DNA of 35,190 bases, from NCBI GenBank assembly GCA_038232615.1, contig JBBSNO010000002.1, positions 1 to 35,190 on the forward strand, in the 5' to 3' direction. A program made the translations under genes and the position numbers. Numbering within the stretch: position 1 is the stretch's first letter; every line of letters begins with the position of its first letter. Source of the stretch: Actinomycetales bacterium (lineage in GTDB: Bacteria > Actinomycetota > Actinomycetes > Actinomycetales > DASROP01). This document shows positions 1 through 7,410 of the stretch, one piece after another. Under the pieces are notes generated by a model. The model saw only the letters and a program-made list of their open reading frames with translations. It searched no databases and was not told the origin of the DNA.

Positions 1-45
1 CAGCGCAAGATCATGACCACCAACGAGGGAGCGGTGAAGGAGTAG
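1..45 (+). CDS. 3' end of an unidentified CDS that runs off the left edge (partial)
   Basis: The frame is open from base 1 (..QRKIMTTNEGAVKE) to TAG at 43-45. 13 of 14 codons end in G/C, as in real genes here. It is too short to identify. Confidence 0.3.
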   Translation, partial: QRKIMTTNEGAVKE

Positions 46-71
46 CGGACGTCACCGCGTGAGGACAGGCC

Positions 72-1313
72 TCACGCCGGTACCTCCTGGCCCTTGCCGA
101 CGACGGTGATGCCGGACGCGGTGACGGTGAACCCTCGGGCGAGGTCCTCCTCGTGGTCCATGCCGATCCTCGCACCCCGCGGGACCTGCACGTTCTTGTC
201 GATGATCGCCCGACGCACCACCGCGTGCCGCCCCACGCGGACGCCGTCCATCAGCACGCTCTGGCTGACGCTCGACCACGAGTGCGCGGTGACGCCGGGG
301 GACAGGACCGAGTTCTCGACCGTCGCCCCCGAGACGACGACGCCGGGGGATACGAGCGAGTTCACCGCGTGACCGATGCGTCCGTGCCAGCCGTGGACGA
401 ACTTCGCCGGCGGCAGCGGCGGCTGCTGCGACAGCGTCGGCCACTCGAAGTTGTAGAGGTTGAAGACGGGGTGCACCGAGATGAGGTCCATCTGCGCGTC
501 GAAGTAGGCGTCCAGCGTCCCGACGTCGCGCCAGTAGTCGCGGTCGCGCGCGGTGGACCCCGGGACGTCGTTGTCCTTGAAGTCGTACACGCCCGCCGCC
601 CCGCGGGAGACGAAGTCGGGGACGATGTCGCCGCCCATGTCGTGCCGCGAGCTCTCGGTGTCAGCGTCGCGGGTGACGGCCTCCACCAGGGCGTCGGCGT
701 CGAAGACGTAGTTGCCCATCGACGCCAGGACCTGGTCCGGAGCATCGGGCAGGCCGCCGGGGTCCTTCGGCTTCTCGAGGAAGGCCGCGATGCGGCGGGG
801 ATCGGCCGGATCTGCCTCGATGACGCCGAACTGGTCGGCGAGAACGATGGGCTGCCGGATCGCCGCCACCGTGCAGCCGGCACCGCTGGCGACGTGGGCG
901 TCGACCATCTGGGAGAAGTCCATGCGGTAGATGTTGTCCGCGCCGACCACCACGACGATGTCGGGGCGCTCGTCGGTGAGCAGGTTCAGGCTCTGGAAGA
1001 TCGCGTCGGCGCTGCCGAGGTACCAGTTCTTGCCGACCCGCTGCTGTGCCGGTACGGGCGTCACGTAGTTGCCGAGCATCGTCGACATGCGCCAGGTCAT
1101 GGTCACGTGCCGGTCGAGGCTGTGGGACTTGTACTGCGTCAGCACGACGATCTTGAGGTAGCCAGCGTTCACCAGGTTGGACAACGCGTAGTCGATGAGC
1201 CGGTACGTCCCGCCGAAGGGGACGGCCGGCTTGGCGCGGTCGGCCGTCAGGGGCATCAGGCGCTTGCCCTCACCGCCGGCCAGGACGATCGCCAGGACCT
1301 TCGGAGCAGCCAT
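72..1313 (-). CDS. glgC: glucose-1-phosphate adenylyltransferase
   Basis: Translation starts [48 protein letters not shown], the classic GlgC N-terminus. The C-terminal left-handed beta-helix region is present. Start moved to ATG 1313, which lies 7 nt after a TAGGCT box; the ORF-track start at 1382 adds 23 non-conserved residues. Confidence 0.93.
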   Translation of the reverse strand: MAAPKVLAIVLAGGEGKRLMPLTADRAKPAVPFGGTYRLIDYALSNLVNAGYLKIVVLTQYKSHSLDRHVTMTWRMSTMLGNYVTPVPAQQRVGKNWYLGSADAIFQSLNLLTDERPDIVVVVGADNIYRMDFSQMVDAHVASGAGCTVAAIRQPIVLADQFGVIEADPADPRRIAAFLEKPKDPGGLPDAPDQVLASMGNYVFDADALVEAVTRDADTESSRHDMGGDIVPDFVSRGAAGVYDFKDNDVPGSTARDRDYWRDVGTLDAYFDAQMDLISVHPVFNLYNFEWPTLSQQPPLPPAKFVHGWHGRIGHAVNSLVSPGVVVSGATVENSVLSPGVTAHSWSSVSQSVLMDGVRVGRHAVVRRAIIDKNVQVPRGARIGMDHEEDLARGFTVTASGITVVGKGQEVPA

Positions 1314-1320
1314 GAGCGGC

Positions 1321-1326
1321 AGCCTA
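1321..1326 (-). promoter_or_regulatory. putative -10 box TAGGCT for leaderless glgC
   Basis: Minus strand reads TAGGCT-N7-ATG(1313). This is part of the recurrent TANNNT-N6-8-start pattern in this window. Confidence 0.4.
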
Positions 1327-1349
1327 TGGGCGAGCCGGTCGTGACGCAC

Positions 1350-1355
1350 TAGCGT
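1350..1355 (+). promoter_or_regulatory. putative -10 box TAGCGT for leaderless glgA
   Basis: TAGCGT-N7-GTG(1363). There is no SD sequence. Confidence 0.4.
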
Positions 1356-1362
1356 GCGCTGC

Positions 1363-2547
1363 GTGCGAGTCGAGTTGTTCACCCGGGAGTACCCGCCGGC
1401 CGTCTACGGCGGTGCCGGCGTCCACGTCGCCGAGCTCGCGCGCGTGCTCCGCTCGCACGTCGACCTCACCGTGCGCTGCTTCGGCGATCCCCGCGAGGAG
1501 CCGGGAGTGCACGCCTACTCCGATTCCGACGGCCTGTCCGGTGCCAACGCTGCGCTGCGCACCTTCGGCGTCGACCTGGCTATGGCGGGGGCGGCTGGTT
1601 CGGCCGAGCTGGTGCACTCCCACACCTGGTACGCCAACCTCGCCGGCCACCTGGCCGGGCTGCTGCACGGGGTCCCGCACGTGCTGACCGCCCACAGCCT
1701 GGAGCCCCTGCGCCCGTGGAAGGCCGAGCAGCTCGGCGGCGGGTACGCCCTGTCGAGCTGGGCCGAACGCACCGGGTACGTCGGTGCGGCCGCGGTGATC
1801 GCGGTGAGTGCCGGGATGCGCGAGGACATCCTGCGTGCCTACCCCGAGGTCGACCCCGGGCGCGTGCACGTCGTCCACAACGGCATCGACGCCGCATCGT
1901 GGGTGCGCGACGAGGGCACGGACGTCGCGCAGCGCCTGGGCATCGACCCCGCGCGGCCGTCGGTGGTCTTCGTCGGCCGCATCACGCGGCAGAAGGGGCT
2001 GCCGTTCCTGCTCCGGGCTGCCGCGGCGTTGCCGCCGGACCTCCAGCTCGTCCTGTGCGCCGGCGCCCCGGACACCCCCGAGATCATGGACGAGGTGCGC
2101 GCCCTGGTCGCCGAGCTGCGGGCGCGCCGGGACGGCGTCGTGTGGGTCGAGGAGATCCTGCCCCGACCGCAGCTGTGCCAGGTGCTCTCGCACGCGACGG
2201 TCTTCGTGTGCCCGTCGGTGTACGAGCCCCTGGGGATCGTCAACCTCGAGGCGATGGCCTGCGGGGCGGCGGTCGTGGGGACGGCGACCGGTGGCATCCC
2301 GGAGGTGGTGGAAGACGGCGTGACGGGGTGGCTCGTGCCGATCGAGCAGGTGCAGGACGGGACGGGCACGCCGGTCGACCCCGGCCGGTACGTGCAGGAC
2401 CTGGCCGAGGTGCTCGCCGCGGCGGTCGCCGACCCGGGGGAGGCCCGGCGTCGCGGCGAGGCCGGACGCCGTCGCGCCGTCGAGGAGTTCTCGTGGGACA
2501 CGATCGCGGAGCAGACGCTGGCCGTGTACCGCGCCGCGCTGGCCTGA
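1363..2547 (+). CDS. glgA: glycogen synthase, Corynebacterium/Mycobacterium family (GT4; GlgM-type ADP-glucose:glucose-1-P maltose-1-phosphate synthase)
   Basis: (M)[28 protein letters not shown]... and [29 protein letters not shown] (GT4 E-x7-E region) match the actinobacterial GlgA/GlgM family as I recall it. The gene is divergent from glgC, as in mycobacteria. The start could also be GTG 1354 (the ORF-track start). Confidence 0.9.
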   Translation: MRVELFTREYPPAVYGGAGVHVAELARVLRSHVDLTVRCFGDPREEPGVHAYSDSDGLSGANAALRTFGVDLAMAGAAGSAELVHSHTWYANLAGHLAGLLHGVPHVLTAHSLEPLRPWKAEQLGGGYALSSWAERTGYVGAAAVIAVSAGMREDILRAYPEVDPGRVHVVHNGIDAASWVRDEGTDVAQRLGIDPARPSVVFVGRITRQKGLPFLLRAAAALPPDLQLVLCAGAPDTPEIMDEVRALVAELRARRDGVVWVEEILPRPQLCQVLSHATVFVCPSVYEPLGIVNLEAMACGAAVVGTATGGIPEVVEDGVTGWLVPIEQVQDGTGTPVDPGRYVQDLAEVLAAAVADPGEARRRGEAGRRRAVEEFSWDTIAEQTLAVYRAALA

Positions 2548-2687
2548 CGCCATCTCCTTTCCCTCGCCGGGTCCGGGCGCCGACGACCCACGTGGCTCAT
2601 GCGGGTTCAGGGCGCTACGAGCTGCCGGAGCTGTTGCGGGATGTCGCGGTACGTCGCCGTGGTCCTGGAGCACGAGGACGCTCTCCG

Positions 2688-3467
2688 TCAGCGGGAGGGG
2701 ATCAAGGTGGCGTCGACCGCTGCTGCCATGGCGCGGCGAGCGACCCCGTCGACACCGGCGAGCGCCTGGCTCCGCTGCGCCGCCTCCCAGCCACTGATCG
2801 CGGCCCCGTCGTCCTCGGACGCGAGCGCCACGATGGCTCTGACCCGCGCTGCCGTCGCAAGCACACGGACGGCCCGCTGGTCGGTGCTCGGCGGCACGGC
2901 GTCGCGGGGCAGGCCACCGTCGCGGACGGCGGCGATCCGGTCGGCGGCGTCCTCGCGCCAGCGCGCCACGTCGAGCGAGGCCAGGGCCTCGGTGGACTGG
3001 GTCAGCGCTTGCCGCAGCGCCCGCTCGGCCTCGGCGAGGCTGCCCCAGTCGGTGACGCGGCGGGACTCCACCTGGTGCGCGTGCCAGGTCACCATCGCCC
3101 CCGGTTCCCACACGGACCCGAACTCGGTGACGGCCGGCACCAGGCCGAGGGCGGACGCCGGGTCCCTGGTGTCGGTGACGACGCCCTCGCCGACCTCGGT
3201 GGCGTCGGTGTTGAAGGCGGCCGGCCCGGGCAGGCCCAGCAGGTCCCCTGGTGCGGGCAGCACCACGCGCACGGAGGTGGCGCGCTCCGTCAGCAAGGTG
3301 AGGAACGTCGGAAGGTCCAGGACACCGGCGGGTGCTGCGTCGCCACCGACCTCGTGGGGCTCGTCATCGCCGGTGACCGCCCGGACGGCCATCTTGACGG
3401 GCACCTCGCCCAACAGGACGGCGGTGCCCCAGGCGGCGAGGCGCACGGAGCGCGGCACGTCGAGCAC
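2688..3467 (-). CDS. conserved hypothetical protein (no recognisable domain)
   Basis: 259-aa ORF with balanced, non-Arg-rich composition and high GC3. The GTG start at 3467 is preceded by TACGCT-N6. Confidence 0.65.
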   Translation of the reverse strand: MLDVPRSVRLAAWGTAVLLGEVPVKMAVRAVTGDDEPHEVGGDAAPAGVLDLPTFLTLLTERATSVRVVLPAPGDLLGLPGPAAFNTDATEVGEGVVTDTRDPASALGLVPAVTEFGSVWEPGAMVTWHAHQVESRRVTDWGSLAEAERALRQALTQSTEALASLDVARWREDAADRIAAVRDGGLPRDAVPPSTDQRAVRVLATAARVRAIVALASEDDGAAISGWEAAQRSQALAGVDGVARRAMAAAVDATLIPSR

Positions 3468-3473
3468 CGACCC

Positions 3474-3479
3474 AGCGTA
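3474..3479 (-). promoter_or_regulatory. putative -10 box TACGCT for the leaderless 2688-3467 gene
   Basis: Minus strand reads TACGCT-N6-GTG(3467). Confidence 0.35.
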
Positions 3480-3568
3480 GGCGCCCCTTAGGGTCGTGTC
3501 GTGGGCGAGCGTGCCCGACAGGGTGGGACGACGCTCGGGGCGACGACGAAGGAGGAGCCATCAGCGAC

Positions 3569-4345
3569 GTGCTGGAGCTGGCCGGGGTCAGCGTCGTGCG
3601 CGACGGGTCGGCGCTGATCGACGAGATCGACTGGTCCGTCGCCGAGGGCGAGCGGTGGGTCGTGCTGGGGCCCAACGGTGCCGGCAAGACCACGCTGCTC
3701 CAGGTGGCCGCCGGCCGGATGCACCCGACGCGCGGCGTGGCCGGCGTCCTGGGCGAGGTGCTTGGTGCGGTGGACGTGTTCGAGCTACGGCCCCGGATCG
3801 GGCTGGCCAGCGCGGCTCTCGCCGAACGCGTTCCCCCTGACGAGCGGGTCGCCGACGTCGTCGTCACCGCCTCGTACGGGGTCGTCGGCCGCTGGCGCGA
3901 GGACTACGACGACCTCGACCACACCCGGGCCGTGGAGCTGCTGGGCGCCCTCGGGGTCGCCGAGCTGGCGGCCCGCAGGTTTGGGACGCTGTCCGAGGGT
4001 GAGCGCAAGCGGGTGCAGATCGCCCGCGCGCTGATGACCGACCCCGAGCTGATGCTCCTGGACGAGCCCGCTGCAGGTCTGGACCTCGGCGGGCGCGAGG
4101 ACCTCGTGCACCGGCTCGGCGAGCTGGCCGCGGATCCAGACGCGCCGGCCATGGTGCTGGTGACGCACCACGTGGAGGAGATCCCGCCCGGGTTCACCCA
4201 CGCGCTGCTGATGCGCGGCGGCAGGGTGGTGGCGTCGGGTCCGCTCGCGCAGACCCTGACCGCGCAGAACCTGGGGGAGACCTTCTCGATGGCGCTGACC
4301 GTCGAGCGGCACGGCGACCGCTGGACGGCGCGCGCCTTCGGCTGA
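3569..4345 (+). CDS. ABC transporter ATP-binding protein (orphan, no adjacent permease)
   Basis: Walker A GPNGAGKTT, signature LSEGERKRV, Walker B LMLLDEPAAGLD and H-loop LVTHH are all present. An SD sequence AAGGAGG lies 8-14 nt upstream of GTG 3569. Confidence 0.9.
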   Translation: MLELAGVSVVRDGSALIDEIDWSVAEGERWVVLGPNGAGKTTLLQVAAGRMHPTRGVAGVLGEVLGAVDVFELRPRIGLASAALAERVPPDERVADVVVTASYGVVGRWREDYDDLDHTRAVELLGALGVAELAARRFGTLSEGERKRVQIARALMTDPELMLLDEPAAGLDLGGREDLVHRLGELAADPDAPAMVLVTHHVEEIPPGFTHALLMRGGRVVASGPLAQTLTAQNLGETFSMALTVERHGDRWTARAFG

Positions 4346-4360
4346 GGGCGTGACCCGGCG

Positions 4361-5644
4361 TCAGCCCGGTGCCGCCAGGATCCCGGCCTCGGCCTGCTGC
4401 ACCAGGTCCACGTACCAGCCCGCGTTGTTGTAGCGCAGCAGCGAGCGCCGCTCCGCCTCGGGTGTGCCCCGCCCGGCTCCGTTGGCGCACAGGTAGTTGG
4501 CGGCGGAGTGGATGGCGTCGGACGGGTTCCACGGGTCGGCCACCCCGTCGCCGTCCCCGTCGACGCCGTACGCCGCGAAAGTGCGCGGCATGAACTGCAT
4601 GGGACCCTGCGCGCCGGCCGACGACGGGCCGTTGTTGCGGCCGTGACGGGTCTCGACTTGGCCCACCGCGGCCAGCTGGCTCCACCGCATCCCCGGGCAG
4701 CGCTGGGCGGCCTCGACGTACAGCACCCTGAACGCGGCGGGAATGTCGCTGCCAGGCACGGAGCGGGACGGACCTGCTGCCGAGCGGGACGGACCTGCTG
4801 CCGCGCGCGACGACGCGACGAGACGCTCGGCCTCGGCGACCTGACTCCGCGCGACCTCCGCTGCCGCCGCGGCCCGGCGTCGTGTCTCCTGCGTGGCCTC
4901 GGTCCGCGCGGCCGTGGCGTCGAGGTCGGTGAGCAGCACCCGGGCGCGGGTGAGGGTGTCCTCGACGGCGTCCGTGGCGCGGGCCTCCGCGGCGGCGTCG
5001 ACGACCTGGGCGTCGGCGGCCTGCGCGCCCTCGTCCGAGGCGCCGCGGGCCAGGTCGTGCTCTCGCGTCGCGCGCCCGGACTCCTGCGCTGCCCCGTGCA
5101 GCAGCGACTGCGCGACACGGGTGCGGTCGGCAAGGTCCTGCAGGGAGCCGGCATCGAGCAGGGAGGAGAAGACCGCGACCGGACCACCGCTGGTGTAGAG
5201 CGCCCGGACGGTGCGCGAGTGCTGGGCTCGGGCGTCGACCGCCCGTGCCCCAGCATCGTCCGCGAGGGACTCGGCGGCGATGGAGTCGCTGACGCTACCG
5301 GCGACAGCCAGTCGTGCGGCCGCCTGGGCCTCCAGCCGGTCGACGAGCTCGGCCATCAACGCGTCGACCTCCCGGGCCCCGCGCTCGGCGGCTTCCCGGG
5401 CCTGGCCGGCGTCCGGCTCGGCCGGGCTGCCTGACTCGGCTTGGTCACCTGCGTCGGTGGGGTTGCCTGCTTCGGCTGGGCTTCCGGGCTCGGCGACGGC
5501 GGACGACGTCGCCGGGAGCGCGAGCGCGGACGCCAGCACGAGCGCGACAGCACCGCGACGACAGGGCAGGGCTCTCACCCGCCTGGTGTCGGCACTCCTG
5601 GCGTCCGCCTGGAACGCGGCGCGGGTGCCCTGCGCGGCATTCAC
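4361..5644 (-). CDS. secreted lytic transglycosylase (SLT-type domain) with long Ala/Glu-rich coiled-coil-like N-terminal region
   Basis: C-terminal VETRHGRNNG...GPMQFMPRTFAAYGVDGDGDGVADPWNPSDAIHSAANYL is the SLT_2/MltB-like catalytic region. A signal peptide is present (RRGAVALVLASALALPATSSAVA). The start is uncertain: GTG 5644 or GTG 5578. Confidence 0.8.
   Translation of the reverse strand: MNAAQGTRAAFQADARSADTRRVRALPCRRGAVALVLASALALPATSSAVAEPGSPAEAGNPTDAGDQAESGSPAEPDAGQAREAAERGAREVDALMAELVDRLEAQAAARLAVAGSVSDSIAAESLADDAGARAVDARAQHSRTVRALYTSGGPVAVFSSLLDAGSLQDLADRTRVAQSLLHGAAQESGRATREHDLARGASDEGAQAADAQVVDAAAEARATDAVEDTLTRARVLLTDLDATAARTEATQETRRRAAAAAEVARSQVAEAERLVASSRAAAGPSRSAAGPSRSVPGSDIPAAFRVLYVEAAQRCPGMRWSQLAAVGQVETRHGRNNGPSSAGAQGPMQFMPRTFAAYGVDGDGDGVADPWNPSDAIHSAANYLCANGAGRGTPEAERRSLLRYNNAGWYVDLVQQAEAGILAAPG
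4761..4802. repeat. perfect in-frame 21-bp tandem duplication inside the transglycosylase gene
   Basis: GAGCGGGACGGACCTGCTGCC occurs at 4761-4781 and again at 4782-4802. It encodes AAGPSRS twice. Confidence 0.9.
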
Positions 5645-5658
5645 CTGGATGCCAGGTC

Positions 5659-5664
5659 TAGCCT
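5659..5664 (+). promoter_or_regulatory. putative -10 box TAGCCT for the leaderless TauE/SafE gene
   Basis: TAGCCT-N7-ATG(5672). Confidence 0.4.
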
Positions 5665-5671
5665 CCCCCGG

Positions 5672-6448
5672 ATGGGCTGGGTGGAGGTGGTCGCGATCCT
5701 GGCGGCCGGCGTCGGCGCGGGCGCCATCAACGCGGTGGTCGGCTCGGGCACCCTCATCACCTTCCCGACGCTGCTGGCGTTCGGCATCCCACCCGTGATC
5801 GCAAACATCTCCAACAACATCGGCCTGGTGCCTGGCGGGGTCTCCGCGACCTGGGGCTACCGCCGTGAGCTCGTAGGGCAGCGCCGACGTCTGCTGATGC
5901 TCGCGCCCATGTCGCTCGTCGGGGCGGTGACGGGCGCGTTGTTGCTGCTGGTCCTACCCGCCGAGGCCTTCGTCACCATCGTGCCGGTACTGCTCGGGGT
6001 CTCACTGGTGCTCGTCGTCGTGCAGCCGCGCATGCAGCAGGCGCTGGCCTCACGCAGGGAGCGGCGGGGCACCGCGGATGACGGACCGGGGCACCGGCTC
6101 GTGCTGCTGGTCGGCACGTACCTGGCCGGCACCTACGGCGGGTACTTCGGTGCCGCGCAAGGGGTCCTGCTCGTCGGTCTGCTTGGCTCCCTGCTGCCGG
6201 AGACCCTCCAGCGCATCAACGCGGCCAAGAACACGCTGTCCCTCATCGTGAACTCCGTGGCGGCGTTGACGTTCGCCCTGGTCGCTTTCGACCGGATCGA
6301 CTGGCGCGTGGTCGGACTGATCGCCGTCGGGTCGAGCGCCGGTGGGCTGCTCGGTGCGAAGGTCGGACGCCGGCTGCCGAGCTGGCTGCTCCGCGGGGTG
6401 ATCGTCGTCGTGGGGGTCGTCGCGATCTGGCAGATCCTGGTCTCGTGA
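5672..6448 (+). CDS. sulfite exporter TauE/SafE family membrane protein
   Basis: MGWVEVVAILAAGVGAGAINAVVGSGTLITFPTLLAFGIPPVIANISNNIG, plus a second half with GAAQGVLLVGLLG. The polytopic hydrophobic profile is typical of DUF81/TauE. The ORF-track N-terminal extension from 5441 is Arg/Gly-rich junk. Confidence 0.85.
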   Translation: MGWVEVVAILAAGVGAGAINAVVGSGTLITFPTLLAFGIPPVIANISNNIGLVPGGVSATWGYRRELVGQRRRLLMLAPMSLVGAVTGALLLLVLPAEAFVTIVPVLLGVSLVLVVVQPRMQQALASRRERRGTADDGPGHRLVLLVGTYLAGTYGGYFGAAQGVLLVGLLGSLLPETLQRINAAKNTLSLIVNSVAALTFALVAFDRIDWRVVGLIAVGSSAGGLLGAKVGRRLPSWLLRGVIVVVGVVAIWQILVS

Positions 6449-7269
6449 GCCACCACCTAGTCGTCCACATCGACGACCCCGCGGACCGGCGAGTCCACGA
6501 GTACACCGGCCTGACCGACGTCTCCCTGCGCCGGCGCCGCGAGCCGGCCGAAGGGCTTTACATCGCCGAGTCGAGCAAGGTGATCCGCCGCGCCCTGGGT
6601 GCGGGCCACCGTCCCCGGTCGTTCCTGATGGCGCCGCGCTGGCTCGAGGAGGGCCCCGACCTGCTGGCCGCGGCCGTGTCGGCCGACGTGCCGGTCTACC
6701 TGGGGTCCTCCGACGTGCTGCGCGTCATCACCGGGTTCCAGCTGCACCGTGGTGCCCTCGCCGCCATGCACCGGCCGGTGCTGCCCTCGGTCGCGCAGGT
6801 CGTGCGCGGCGCGCGCCGTGTCGCCGTCCTGGAGGACGTGGTCGACCACACGAACCTCGGGGCCGTGTTCCGCGCCGCCGCCGCGATGGGTGTCGACGCG
6901 GTGCTGGTGACACCACGCTCCGCCGATCCCCTGTACCGCCGCTCGGTGCGCGTTTCCATGGGCACCGTGTTCCAGGTGCCGTGGACGCGCCTGGAGACGT
7001 GGCCGCAGGGGCTGGTCGACCTGCAGGCACAGGGTTTCGTCGTCGCCGCGCTCGCGCTGACCGACGACGCCGTGAGCCTCGACGACTTCGCGCTCGACCT
7101 TCCCGACAAGCTCGTGATCATGCTCGGCACCGAGGGCGACGGGCTCTCGCGCGAGTCGGTGACCGTCGCGGACGTCGTGGTGCGGATCCCGATGTCCGGC
7201 GGCGTCGACTCCCTCAACGTGGCCTCCGCCTCCGCCGTCGCCTTCTGGGCCACGCGACTCCGTCGCTGA
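6445..7269 (+). CDS. TrmH/SpoU family RNA 2'-O-methyltransferase
   Basis: SpoU motifs are present: VDHTNLGAVFRAAAAMGVD, LGTEGDGLS and IPMSGGVDSLNVASASAVAFW. The GTG start overlaps the TauE stop (GTGA at 6445-6448). Confidence 0.9.
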   Translation: MSHHLVVHIDDPADRRVHEYTGLTDVSLRRRREPAEGLYIAESSKVIRRALGAGHRPRSFLMAPRWLEEGPDLLAAAVSADVPVYLGSSDVLRVITGFQLHRGALAAMHRPVLPSVAQVVRGARRVAVLEDVVDHTNLGAVFRAAAAMGVDAVLVTPRSADPLYRRSVRVSMGTVFQVPWTRLETWPQGLVDLQAQGFVVAALALTDDAVSLDDFALDLPDKLVIMLGTEGDGLSRESVTVADVVVRIPMSGGVDSLNVASASAVAFWATRLRR

Positions 7270-7274
7270 CCCGG

Positions 7275-7343
7275 GGTGATCAAGGACCCCGCGCCCCCGC
7301 GGTGATCAAGGAATTCGTGTGGAAGATCGTGACCGGATCGTGA
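7275..7343 (+). repeat. two GGTGATCAAGGA units plus GATCGTGA(CCGG) repeats; same family as the 22659-22810 array
   Basis: GGTGATCAAGGA occurs at 7275-7286 and 7301-7312. GATCGTGA occurs at 7325-7332 and 7336-7343. There are four GATC sites within about 62 bp, and the region is locally AT-richer than its flanks. Confidence 0.8.
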
Positions 7344-7398
7344 TGCCTCGCAACGGTTATGGGCAGGTTCTTGGGGTGGGACTGTCGGTGGTGGCAAC

Positions 7399-7404
7399 TA
7401 GTTT
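7399..7404 (+). promoter_or_regulatory. putative -10 box TAGTTT for the leaderless DUF222/HNH gene
   Basis: TAGTTT-N6-ATG(7411). Confidence 0.4.
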
Positions 7405-7410
7405 CGTCGT

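Noticed and set aside
2697-2709. GGGATCAAGGTGG resembling the dispersed repeat.
   Set aside because: It is a partial match only (the core GATCAAGG). It lies inside the coding 3' end of the 2688-3467 gene and has no phasing partner.
5579-5671. ydaO (cyclic-di-AMP) riboswitch upstream of the cell-wall hydrolase gene, as is common for actinobacterial rpf and hydrolase genes.
   Set aside because: Only 27-93 bp are available before the divergent TauE gene. That is too short for the aptamer, and no pseudo-two-fold ACGGGG/CCCG motifs were seen.
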